A stretch of 58,243 nt of DNA, counting the filler, from Sphacelaria rigidula (lineage: Eukaryota), in assembly GCA_964200075.2 (NCBI GenBank). It is 7 parts of 7 records of this genome, joined end to end, with 100 filler letters (N's around TTAATTAATTAA, not from the genome) between each part and the next. Parts side by side here need not be neighbours in the genome. Positions count along the whole stretch, not along the records: positions 25,007 to 33,241 come from CAXNAA020011830.1; positions 33,342 to 41,575 come from CAXNAA020011831.1; 5 more parts are not named here. The stretch is one strand, 5' to 3'. This document shows positions 25,589 to 37,495 of the stretch, piece by piece (the stretch's first letter is position 1; each line of letters begins with the position of its first letter). The notes beneath the pieces were generated by a model. It did not search any database, was not told the origin of the DNA, and saw only the letters and a program-made list of their open reading frames with translations. A program made the translations under genes and the position numbers.

Positions 25589-26804
25589 TCGGGCACGGTA
25601 TGGGAGGCTTACAGACAACCGTACCGGTATTCGGGTATTTCTTCAACAGCATACCAGCGCGCCGGGTACGGGCAAATATTATGTACAGAACTCACAGAAC
25701 TGTCGGACAAGAGCATGGGAGGCGTAAAAGACTCACATGAAATGTCGTGCAGGGTATGGAGGCCGCACAGAAAACCGTACCCGCACCCGGGTATCTTGTC
25801 AAGAGCATACCCGTGCCCCCGGGAACGGTACGGGAGGCTTAGAGAACGCACAGAACTATCGGGTGAGGGCATGAAAGCCTTTCAGAGTTTACAGAACTGT
25901 CGAGTAGCGGTATGAAAGTGTCGGGTACGGTGAATATCGGGGAAAATACCCCGGGTATACGGAAAACCGCACACTGCAGGACACAACCTTGGATTTTTCG
26001 ATCGAAAGAGTGCGGTGGAAATTAAGGATTTTGATTTGAGGGCATGTCTTGGACCACTTTTTATGGCAACCATATGCATTTGTATAAGTATGGGGATTTC
26101 AGCCCGTCTACAGCCGATTTTCTCTCGGGGAGTGATTTTTTGGATGCCAGTCCGTTGGGTAATATATTTCGGCTTGCTCTGAGGAGACCAAGTCAATTCT
26201 CCGATTCTCTGGACGTTGACTTTTGGTTCATCACCTTTCTGCTCAGATCGCGAGACTCTCGCATCTCCCCCAAATCGGGGGCCCCCAAACATTGCCCAAC
26301 GGACTGGGGGCCGAAAATCATCAATCCACGGGAGAAAGTCGGCTGTAGACGAGCTGAACTCTTCATACTTGTACAAATACGGATTGATTGTCACGAAAAA
26401 TCAGGATCGCGTTCTGTAGTGTGCGGTTTTCCGTATACCCGGGGTATTTTCCCCGATATTCACCGTACCCGACACTTTCATACCGCTACTCGACAGTTCT
26501 GTAAACTCTGAAAGGCTTTCATACTCTCACCCGATAATTCTGTGCGTTCTCTAAGCCTCCCGTACCGTTCCCGGGGGCACGGGTATGCTCTTGACAAGAT
26601 ACCCGGGTGCGGGTACGGTTTTCTGTGCGGCCTCCATACCCTGCACGACATTTTATGTGAGTCTTTTACGCCTCCCATGTTCTTGTCCGACAGTTCTGTG
26701 AGTTCTGTACATAATATATGCCCGTACCCGGCGCGCTGGTATGCTGTTGAAGAAATACCCGAATACCGGTACGGTTGTCTGTAAGCCTCCCATACCGTGC
26801 CCGA
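25589..26804. mobile_element. About 1.2-kb foldback element with near-identical arms of about 390 bp and an older inner inverted repeat
   Basis: 25589-25982 is the reverse complement of 26411-26804 (ORFs 25517..25915+ and 26478..26807- are almost identical); inner arms at about 26078-26140 and 26313-26378; arms built from acagaact/cgtaccc subrepeats. Confidence 0.9.
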
Positions 26805-28865
26805 CAAGATGGATTCGGTGCCGTTTTAAATCAGCCTCAACTGGATAGCTCTGTCCGACCTATTTTGTACGTCAGCCGCGCAACCCTCCCGAACGAGGGA
26901 AACTGGAGTCCACTCGAACTCGAAGGCGGAGTCATAACTTGGGCTATTAAAAGGCTTCGACAGTACTTGTTCCACGTGCCTTTCCACATCTATAAAGATC
27001 ACGGAGCTCCTGAACAACTCGCTAAGGTTGGAGGACATAACCCCCGCGTACAACGGTGGCTGGAGGTCTTGACTGCCTACCAGTACACTGTTGAACACCG
27101 TCCGGGAATACCCAACGGCAATGCTGACCTTCTTTCACGATTGCCTCTACCCCCTACAGCTGTAGATTTCAGTCCCGCTTACCGCTTGACTGAACCTGAC
27201 GAACCAGGCGTCTACCCCATTCGGCGTTTTTTTACGCCCATCTACGCGCTCGACCTGGAATGCCCTGAAACAGGTCTGCACATGGGTGGCCCCCGCCCTC
27301 TGCCCCCTGATACAGTTTTGGATGGCTTAGCGCCCACAGCTGCTGATTTTGCCGACTTCCGCACTTTCGGCCCTCGCGCGAACATATCGGCGCCGCCACC
27401 ACCAACTGTTCACCTCATCTCCGATAACACGCGATCTCGGTCGGCAGCCCGTGCAAATTCTTCGCGTGCTGTGATGCCGCCACCGCTGCCGGCCGCTTCA
27501 AGCAATGCGTCGCCGCCGCCGCCGCCTCGTGCCCCCACGGGCCGTACCACGCTTCCACGAACCGGTCGCGTGCCCAGTGTTGTATCAACACCGCCCGCGC
27601 TCCGTGTGCGCCCCACGCCCCGATCGCGTTCACCACTTCGCGCTACCTCCTCGGCGCCTTCTGGGAATCTCCCAGCACCTGCGCCACTGACTCGTGCTAC
27701 ACATGCGTCAGATCCGCTCCCGGATCAAGATGTTGACGTCGGCACCCCTGCTTCTTAACCTGTGCCACCCCCTCCTGAGCCACCATGTTTGGTTGGCTCT
27801 TCGGCTGAAGGACAACTTCGAGAAATTCTCGCTAGCTACTCTCACCGCGATTGGGCTCGCGACCAACAACAAGAACCACTCTGTCGTGCGACAATGCGGT
27901 ACTTACGGCTTAACTGCCCCACCCCTTTCCCGGCTAAGATCCTGACTCCCGGGGGCACTCTACCCGCCCCCACCGCGTCTGACGTGCTCGAGCTGGTATG
28001 CAAAGGCCTTCACGACTAACGTCGACGTTCATTTGCTTGTTCGCCGATTCCACTCACATTTGGGGACGGCTGCCACAGTAGCCGCTGCCACTTCGACACA
28101 CATGCGTCATGACGCCCCTGTCCGCATCTATGTCCCTATCATGATGCGTCCGTGGGCTATGAAGGGCTGTCAAATTGATTTGTCCTGCCACTTGAGCGTC
28201 ACGCGCACGTTATCGCTCCTTGAACGCTTCTATTGGTGGATTGGCATGGAAGCATCCACGCGTTTTTGGGTCCGACGATGTTTCAAATGTCAGGCTCGCA
28301 AAACCCCTCGGCAGACTGTGCGATGGCCGGTCATTTTCATGGAGCTTCCTAACGCTCCTGGTCACTTCGTATCGTTTGACTACTTCGGCCCTTTACCCCC
28401 AACTTACCGTGGTAATACCTACATTCTACTTTTCACCGACCGCCTCAGCCGTACCTTCGATGGTCACCAAGGTCTGGAACAGGATCAGATGTCCTACGAC
28501 GACCTTGCCAGGGCTCGTCAGCGCAAGGTTTTCACTTTGGTGCGCGAACAACACGCTATCAACGCCTCACGCCTTGAAAGATCCAATATCGCCCTCTACA
28601 AGTTGATGCACAAACGCCCTACTTGGAAGATCGGCGATTGGGTCTGGATCTACAACAGTTTATCCACCATCCGTCACGGCGCTGACCGTACGGCTCAGGC
28701 AACATCTTGAAGACGAAACTGTCCCTCAACTGGACGGGTCGGTTCACGATTCTCATAGTCGGACCCTCGCCGACATCTCCTGACGGCAAGCCCGTTGGCG
28801 ACAAACTCCTCTACCTCGATTTACCTCGTGACTTCCAGGGGCACGACGCTAAATCTCGCGTCTCC
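26805..28865 (+). mobile_element. Ty3/Gypsy pol remnant (RNase H, Pro-rich linker, integrase zinc finger, internally deleted core, GPY/F-like end)
   Basis: GFGAVLNQ..RPILYVSRAT..WSPLELE..RVQRWL..EHRPGIPNGNADLLSR; HLSVTRTLSLLERFYWW..CFKCQARK; FDYFGPLP..GNTYILLFTDR; KLSLNWTGRF. Confidence 0.88.
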
Positions 28866-28869
28866 CATT

Positions 28870-31800
28870 GTTTGGTGGGTACAAGTTCGTAACGATCGGC
28901 TACAAAACGTAGTCCTTTGTCGCGGTGGAGTTCGCGGGCTGCGGCGCCGCGTCTCATGTTGCGATACCCCTTGTTGTCAGCCAGCTGTTGCTGTGGGGAT
29001 TGTGTCCAATAGAGAAGGGTAGCACGACGGTGCAGTTGAAGGTCGGACTCGCGTTCCCAAGACGCACGCCGAAGACCTCGCCAGTGTGTCTTTTAGATAA
29101 CGGCGATTTTACCGCCAGGGCCGCGAGTGATTTGGTGGCCGGAAATGTGGGACACGGCCAAGCGGAGAGGTTGTTCAGTCACGTCATCGGTGGTAACGTG
29201 GTACGGTGGAGATTTTGTTGAGTAGCTGTTGAGTACGTATTGAGTGAGACCTGCAGGCAGGTATTGAGGCATATCCGTAGTATCATGCGGGTTTGTGCCT
29301 CTTTTTTGGAAATGCCCTGGAAAGATGATCTATAAAAAATATCGTCTTGGACTGAAAAATACGACATGGATGCCAACGTTTCTTCTTCCGGGTTGGTGCT
29401 TTTTTTTTGTCGCACTTTGAACCCCTTCCCTTCCTCGGGACGAGTCCGTGGTCTCAAGCGATCATGCCATCTCTCCCTCAGCAGTGTCATCATTCAAATA
29501 CTGAATGTAGAGGCCATCTTTGGGTGCTTGTTATGCTCTCAATTTTTGCTTCTCTACAGACATGAAGACGTTCGTTGCTGTGGTAGATCGACTTTACCAT
29601 GAACAGCTCTCTGTCGCTTTGTACTGGTCTTAGATTATTCATTGTATCCGCCGAGATTTGTAATGGCTGGTGTGGTCTTCGGTGTGTAATGGGGGATCTT
29701 CCGGCACGTTACGACAAATCGCAGCGAGTAGAGATTTTATTTCCTCTTGTTGCGGCTCAAATGTAAAGAGTCGTGATAGAGTGTTGGAGTATGATCTTTA
29801 GTTTTCCCGGTTGATGCTGCACCGTAAAGTTATGTGACTGAAGAGCAATTGCCCACCTTGTTAGCATATTGCTTGCACCTTGCATCGTATTCAGGTATCG
29901 CTGCACGATCTGCAACGCAAGTGAAATGTCTGCCCCATAAGAAATATCTCCAATGTTGGATCGCTAAAATAACGGCGTAGCATTCCTTGAGGGTTGCGGG
30001 AAAGGGCTTCTGAGCATGGTCAAACGTTGATTGAGGTAAGTTATGATCGCTTGGTTATCGCCTTTCTTTTGCTATAGGTGGGCCCCCACTACCTCGTTGC
30101 TGGCATCGACTTGGACCACGAGTTCCTTGAAGAAGTTAGCAAAGTGCAATACTGGAGCAGTCATCAAAAGTCATTTCGCTTCCGCGAAAGGTTTGTCATG
30201 TTCTGCTTTCCATCGTTGTGCTACTTCTTCGACCGCTTTTTCTTGTGAGGTCAACCAAGGGTGAGGTGATCTCGGCCACATTTGGGATGAACTTTCGCAC
30301 AAAATTAACCATGCTGGGCAAGGAGCGCACCTGTTTGATGTCGGTTGTTTTGGGCAAGTCCAGTATTGCTTGAATACGGTCGTCACTTGATTTGATACCG
30401 TCTGCTGACAGAGTGTATCCTGAGCATTTAACTTCCTTTGGTTCAAACGGTGCTTTTGCCGGTGTCAGGGTGAGGCCCGCTGCTTGCAGCGCCTTGAACA
30501 TGTCCTCAAGAGTCAGGTGGCTTTTCCAACAAAAAACACGCGATTCAATCGTCCATGTACACCAGGAGGCCCCTTTTCGATCCAAAGTCTGGGAAGGTGA
30601 TAGCCATCATTCGTAAAACAACATATGGAGACGACGCTAATCCTAATGGGAGGTGATTGAATACCCATTTACCTTTGCTAGTGACGAAGTCTGTCTTCTT
30701 CTTTTCTTCTTCCGCTATAGGGATTTGGTGAAATACACTCTGCACATCAAAGGCAGGAATTATTTGCTCCCGCCACCGTGTCAATATGGGATTCCATGTG
30801 AGACACCGGCCATGACTTACGAAATAGAATTATGTTGAGTGTAGATCTATAGTCTGCGCAAAATTGAGCCGAACTATCACTTTTAGAGACAATAGCTACC
30901 GCAGAGCCCCAAGAGATAGCCCTTCGGTCAATTATACCGTCGTTTCCCATTTCGCATACACATTTGTCGATGACCTCTTGTACCCTTGGGTTGGCCCTGT
31001 AGGGCGGTCTGTCCACTGGTTGTGTACCCGACTGGAGTAGAAATGTAGCTTCACCTATCGTGCAGCATCCTAACTCCTGCGGTGAAAACGAAACGACTGC
31101 CCGGTACTTACTGCACAGATCGAAGATTTTTCCCTCTGCTCCAGCAAAAATGTGGAGCCTATGAAGGCATTTTTGGACGCCTTCTCCAACACTTGATGCG
31201 TGTCGGTGATTTTTTGTTTGTTTTCGGCGACTGCACTGCTTGTGTTTGTCGCTGTCACTGTCCGGATCTCTGATGCAGGTGTGATGTCTCTTAACTAACA
31301 CATTGTCACACTCTATACGGACATTCCTCCTAGATGGATTGGCTACCTGGACCATAGCTGTTTTATCCACCGCTGATCATATACAGACTGTTCAAGCCAC
31401 GACCAGTCGTTTAAAAGCCTGAGGTGTGTCTAACGATTGGACGTCTTGTTCCGTGACTATATGCAGCTCAATCATTGCCGTGGTTGTCACTTTAGGGGGT
31501 TCATTCGCCTCGACATGAAGGGCTATCTCATTTTGTGGAGGAGCAGCACATATTTTTCTGAGATATACTTGGACAAGTTGCGCCACAGCTTCTACTCTAA
31601 CAACGGAACATGTGTCATGTTCCCTGTGTGTAGTCACCTTGCTCGTTTCGTCTCTTGTGTGTAGCTTTGATACTAACATTGGAATATCAGAACGATAGTG
31701 CCTCGGCTGCCTGGCCTAAAACTCCTCCAAATGTTTCCATCCGTGAATTATCGATCAGGGTGTAGTCGGGACCCAAATCTCGTAGAACGAATGCGTCGAC

Positions 31801-32200
31801 GGCGAGGTTTTCCCCCCCAAACATGAGGTTGAAAAGGATGAAACCCACTGCTTCGATAGTTGAATTGTCCACGCTTCTAAGATCCAAAGATCCGCTTGGG
31901 ACAGGTTTGATGTCCGCTCTACTTGGAGTAGGATGCGAACGGATGAACTTTAGCCTGATGATAGGCAGGTCGGAGGCTGAATCTATGGTCAGAGCCTCCA
32001 CTGCACTGTCATTTACTCTAGCTGGTACTTGGACTCTTACTGAGGCTGCATGTATCGTGACGGGTCCCTTCGGATACCGTGCTAACGATGACATGTGGAA
32101 AGCTGTGAACGCTCGAGCGTTGGGAATCAGAAATTTCGATGGGTGTTGTGCATTGATATTTCATAAGGGCTGAGCTATCAAAGCTACTTCCGGAACACTC
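28870..32200 (-). mobile_element. Degenerate Ty3/Gypsy element with C-terminal chromodomain
   Basis: Protease LTIDSASDL near 31980; RT PVDRPPYRANP, WGSAVAIVSK..FCADYR, FHQIPI, LLVYMDD; RNase H region near 29800-30150; chromodomain-like VSHISGHQITRGPGGKIAVI*KTHWRGLRRASWERESDL at about 29035-29165. Confidence 0.88.
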
Positions 32201-32237
32201 ACCAAGTACGAAGGTTGGCTACACGGCACTACTCAAC

Positions 32238-32579
32238 AGGGGATTCTATAAAATGAGGTTGATCAATGAAGTGAGGTTTGAGGAGACTAGCCAGTATGCG
32301 ACAAACACCCGCGGGAAGTACCGTCCGCAAGTGCCTTCGATCACTTTCGGGGGGTGGGGCGTACTCATTTGTTGCTTGCCTTAGTCGTTTGACCATTGAC
32401 CACGCGCCGTCTCGAAAGGTCAATAGTCAAACGGCTAAGGCAAGCAACAAATTAGTACGCCCCACCCCCCCAAAGATGATCGAAGGCACTTGCGGACAAT
32501 ACTCGCGCGTTTTTGTCGCATACTGGCTAGCCTCCTCAAACCTCATTTCATTGATCAACCTCATTTAATACAATCCTCT
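32238..32579. mobile_element. About 340-bp foldback element whose centre is an inverted pair of the GTACTCAT repeat unit
   Basis: aaatgaggttgatcaatgaagtgaggtttgaggagactagccagtatgcgacaaa pairs with tttgtcgcatactggctagcctcctcaaacctcatttcattgatcaacctcattt; centre gcgtactcatttgttgcttgccttag..ctaaggcaagcaacaaattagtacgc. Confidence 0.88.
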
Positions 32580-32730
32580 CTTACTTTTCGACATGTATTG
32601 CTCACTTCGACCGTCTGCTTGACTTTATCATGTACTTTGGCTGCCTCTTTGTGAGACTAGCACTTGATCTCAATGAAGGGGCTACTGTACTTCCAGAAAG
32701 TCGTACGCTTTTCCCGATCTTCCGAACCAG

Positions 32731-33167
32731 AGAGTTCTCCCTCGGTTTATTGCTGAGTCATTCTACGGTAAGGGGGGGGGGGGTATTTCGTTGCACGAAA
32801 AAAGAGGCTCATAGGTGTGTCAGACAACCTGCCACACTCGCGGTGCGCTTATCTTTGGTTTAAAACGGTATCAAGCGGTATGAATGAGCGTTATACATCT
32901 ATAACAAGCTCGTTCGAACAACCGTTGCTGCTTTCAACGACGATTTCACTCGGAATTTCGTGCAAGAGATGGCCCGAAATACCCTCCCCCCGCCCCCCCT
33001 TATCGTAGGATGGCTCTCCTACTTCGCGTCATGCGTGCTACCTGCTTCGTCTTCGACGTCGACTGTGCTACGGCAGTTGCCCTTTTCGCTGAACGTACTT
33101 TATCCTCACCGAGCGAGGGACCTCGTGCTGGGCACCGTCAAACTCCAAGGGCGGTCAATTCCCCCCG
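32731..33167 (+). CDS. Two probable internal exons (32731-32767, 33009-33167) of an unknown gene
   Basis: Pyrimidine-rich AG acceptors and gtaagg/gtgagg donors; the phase-consistent join gives RVLPRFIAESFYG/WLSYFASCVLP..LPFSLNVLYPHRARDLVLGTVKLQGRSIPP. Confidence 0.45.
32815..32980 (+). repeat. Dispersed repeat; reverse copy at about 49190-49350
   Basis: Shared cacactcgcggtgcgcttat..aacaaccgttgctgctttcaacgac..atggccc. Confidence 0.75.
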
Positions 33168-33829
33168 GTGAGGCACCCATGAGGCAGTGTATAAGCTGTG
33201 GCTGTCTCGGGAAGTGGCGACACCAGAAAATAAAGCAACTCNNNNNNNNNNNNNNNNNNNNNNNNNNNNNNNNNNNNNNNNNNNNTTAATTAATTAANNN
33301 NNNNNNNNNNNNNNNNNNNNNNNNNNNNNNNNNNNNNNNNNACACCTTTGGTGCCGATCAACCCAAATTTGAGGGGGATTGTGCGCAAAAAACACCCCGC
33401 CCCACCCCCCCCCCCCCCCCCCCCTGTCGTAGCATGACTCTGAAGTTATTGCGTTTCTGCGAGCTCACCTACGCCCCCCGGCCCACCGTTTCGCCACGCA
33501 CTCTGCGCGGGTGGTGTACGAAACGGCCGCAACTACAACGACTTGAACCTTCACGACCGGCCATGAACATCGACCGCCTGCACCGAAACAACAACGATCA
33601 CATCGACGCTCGACAAGCAGCGGCAGTAACATCGGCAGCAGTAACATCGACAGCAGGAACAGCGGCCACTTCCAACGACGACGTGCAGAAGGCCACGAGC
33701 CCCCATCGTCACCGATTGACATACCGAAAACACTGACAGCAGTAGAAATATCACCGACGGGAGCTGCGCCAAATACAGCTCTTTCTCTCGCTAACCCATT
33801 TGTCGAAACATCCGATGCACAAACTCAAG

Positions 33830-35157
33830 CGAGGCTGCCGGCCGACCCGGTAGCATCGGCCCGAGCCGCCGTGGCCGTGGCGGCGCTCGCCCAAGGCGTC
33901 GCTCCGCCCATCCTACCCAGAGAGCTCGCGCGGCTGGACCGTGTAGAGTGGGTCTTGCAACGCACATCTTTGGCTAACGTGTTGGCGCGGTTTGAGAGAG
34001 GACCCGGGGCAGGGTGGTGCTCTGGTGAGAATGTTTCCACTGGCAACGTGAGCCGCGGTAGCGATAGCGGGATAGCGATGATGAAGCCATCGGAGGAGGA
34101 TAACGTAGGAAGAAGCAGAGCGCGTGAGGGGCCAAGAGAGGAAAATAAGGGGGGAAAGGGTACTGAAGATGCCGAAGTCCGGCTGGGGGACGGCCGGGAT
34201 CGACGCGGGAAAGGGCAATCGAGAATGTCTCCTGGGAATACCGAAACGGAGATACCGGTGGAGATCGGCTCGACTGGCGACGGGGGTCGCGTCAGTGCCT
34301 CTGCATCCGCCGACGCTCCCGACGATCACATTGACGGTTCCGAAACCTCTCCAATGACAGCAGAAGGCGAAACTGTCAGCAGCACCCAGAAACAAGAGCA
34401 ACAAGAGCAACGAGCACAGCGGCAACGACGGCGTGAAGGCTTGGGTTTCTCAGACGAATCGTTAAATTGGGGGGAAGAGGAAGACGACAGCGACGATAGC
34501 GATTGCCATCACGACGAAGAACGAGAAGAAGACGAGAGGGTTGCCACTTGGCTGGCGGCCACCTTTGAGTTCTTGCGGTGCGGTCGCTCTTCCCTCCTGC
34601 CGCCTGAACTACGCGTCGAGTGGGAAGCCCGGCCAGATATGGGACTGGCTCTCTTGCCCGCAGACGATAGCACCAGAGTACGCGATACACGAGCGATAGC
34701 AGGGAGCAGCGCCGAGGGAGAAGGAGCAGTGAACATAGCTCGACCGCAAACCGTTGGAGGTAGATTGAATACCTCGGCAAGCGGCGGCGGTCACGGGGCT
34801 ACAAGACTGACATCGAACGTCGATGGAGATGGCAGGCGTATGTCTTCGTCGTGGAAGGGACTTTTCCGCGTGGGCAGGGCGGCCGGGGGCAGATTGATGA
34901 CTTTTCATGATCTCAGATTGGCTTTAACGGCGCAAGCTACGCCACCCGGAATAATGAGGAAGAGAGGAACTGCTCAAGATAGACTGGAGCGCCGGATCGT
35001 CGACGAGCGGCTGAGGACCGAACAGATGACGGAAGCGTTGCGAGGAAATGATCGTGCCAGTGTGGCGGAGAATTTGTACCGGCCGTCTACGGCACTGGCA
35101 AGAAGTTGGTCGGGTGGGAAAGCTGGGGTGGGGGAGAAGGGCGGGAATGCACTATAG
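33830..35157 (+). CDS. Long terminal coding exon (about 440 aa) of an unknown protein with a central acidic, low-complexity insert
   Basis: Longest ORF in the window (33871-35157), extendable upstream to a ctaac branch point (33791) and aag acceptor (33829); GC-rich codons; ends TAG TAG. No family recognised. Confidence 0.7.
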
Positions 35158-35710
35158 TAGGGAGGGGGACAGAAAGAGTACCAAGCATATAGGTTTGGCA
35201 CTGTTGTTTGCTAGGGTTTGAGTGCCTGGTCCGACGTGAAAAACGTAGCCCAGAGCGACATACAACTCCTCTGAACCTCGATTATTTTATCAAAGATTCC
35301 AGTTCTCTTTGCTGTAGCGGCCACGTCCGAGTCTGTGACATGTGCAATCACCAAACTTTGTCTTGAGCAAGATTACGCCTACCCACCGTTTGCCGCAAAC
35401 CATCACTCTCATGCAAGGGGTGCACTCGTCTGTACTTTCGACTCTCGCGTGCGTACTGCGGTGATATTGATGTCTGATGGACAAAAGAGTGATGCCACGC
35501 TAGGGATGCACTTTTTGGGCAAAACGTGCCTGAGGCTGCACACTAAGGCCCAGATATTTATAATCGAGAGGCTCCTACAAAAAAGAGCCTCAGCAACAAA
35601 AGAAAGCGCACCCCCACCGTGGCATTACTCAAAATGTATGTGAAAAAAACAATTTCCTTTCCTTCATTTTTCAACGGATGAGTCTCATAGATGGACCTGC
35701 ACACTCCACA

Positions 35711-35820
35711 CACGGGTGGCCACTGGGGTGCCTGCAACCTTAAACTCGGACGTTACAGACCTTGTGCAACGTCTGTAACGTCCGACTTTGAGGTTGCAGG
35801 CACCCCGGTGGCCACCCGTG
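35711..35820. repeat. 110-nt hairpin (50-bp stem, 10-nt loop)
   Basis: 35711-35760 pairs with 35771-35820 with only 3 non-Watson-Crick positions. Confidence 0.92.
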
Positions 35821-37495
35821 CATGCACGACACTTCCATACGCCCATCAGCTACATAAATGCAGGATTGTGGCGCCCCGGGATCTCATTGTCCAAGTTGCT
35901 CGCATGTGAATCTCGTCGTCCGCCACACATTGATCGTTTGGCGTCTACGTCGAAACTGAGCATAAAACGGAACCGCGGGGGGAAATACGTTCGTCACTCG
36001 ACCAAACGGAAAACTAAGAGTTCAAGAGCAACGGGATAAAAACAACACTTTGTTGGATTGACGTCTCGCATCAGTGGACTGCCGCATCGACTGATGCGAC
36101 CTCGATTACTCTTTGTTTCGCGGCAAGAAAATCGATCGTTGTCGTCGCATGAGAGGGCTTGGAAGTGCTGTCATGGTTGATACAAACATCGCGCCTCGCC
36201 AAGGAGTCGGTGATCAGATCTCTTGTGCAATAGGTGTGGGTCACAGTCCGCAGCAATCAGCGACGCCACGCTGTCGCAGATTTGACCCGCACACAAACAC
36301 AACTCGGTTACCCACATGTACCCACTTCACGGTACGGCATTGATAAACCCTTCCCCTGCGGTCTACTCTCGTTCATCCTCATATTCAATACACTTGGCGC
36401 AAGCTTTTCAAAAGTCGACTTTCCCCTCTGGACACCATGCTGTTGCTCCCAACCTAAAACCCCTCATATGACAGTAATCTCGGACATTCGATAAACATCA
36501 ATGAAGAAAAAAAGGGACAACTCGTACACTCTAAGCAACACCTGAGGCCTGCACTTAGCTGTATATACAGCCTACCGTAGAACGGCACTTTTCTGTTCTT
36601 ATACGCGTCAACGGACCCTTCAAAGTTCAGCAAAACAGAAGGTGCTCCTCGAGAACTCCACAGGAAGTACCAGCCTTTCATGCCATTCATATATGAATAT
36701 ACCTTTGTATATACATTTACACATATCGGGAGTACCATCATTGTTGACACCGTTCGCATAAGAATCACGAACAAAATAAGAGAAACCGTACCACCTCTGG
36801 AGGCGCACAGCGCGGCATGCCTCCGACACGAATCTATTCTTCATGTTCGTACCCTCCGTGCCTTTACGAACTTTAACCGAGGAGTATACATGGAGATGGG
36901 AAGGGCACACACAGTTTCATCCTCTCGCGATTTCTCCATAAAATATAACATATACCAAAATTGCTGGCCGATAGGCGCCCCGGTACTCGTCTAGCTAAAC
37001 AAACGTACGTACTTTTGCCGACGTGACAATCTCTCGTTGCAATGCCCGACCACATGCCGACATATACACGCACATAAGTGCACGTGCAAGGGATTTGTTC
37101 TGTGGGGGTAAACACAGTTTACGCGATGCTTCCGCGCGATGATTCAAGACGAGGGCAAAGCAACACCCGTTTCCCCTGTCCCCATGTCCGCACATATCGT
37201 TTCATGGCATCTAGCTACACCGCCGTAGTCTTATCCACATTAGCGAGAGCTCCCTTTCCCATCTCCTCTAACCCCTACAAACAATCTGCATTATAGGCAA
37301 AAAATAAACGTTGCGTCGAAAGCCCGTCGGTGTACCGACGCCGTCGAGCCCCCCCTCCCCCCGCCCCCTCCCTTCAAAGTATGCTACAGTAACATGGTAG
37401 CACACACGGAAGATGTCGGGGAGAATATGGCCCTCTCTCGAACGAGCTCTTCTATTTCAATGACGTAGGTAATCACTGTTGTTGATGCGAATCCA

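Noticed and set aside
25486..26807. Pairs of near-identical ORFs on opposite strands; CRISPR-like subrepeats
   Set aside because: Mirror translations of foldback arms; the subrepeats are degenerate, lack unique fixed-length spacers, and no cas genes are present.
14487..35157. One giant + strand gene linking exons at 14.5-17.3 kb, 32.7-33.2 kb and 33.8-35.2 kb
   Set aside because: Some phases are compatible, but the exons lie on four different contigs joined only by length order.
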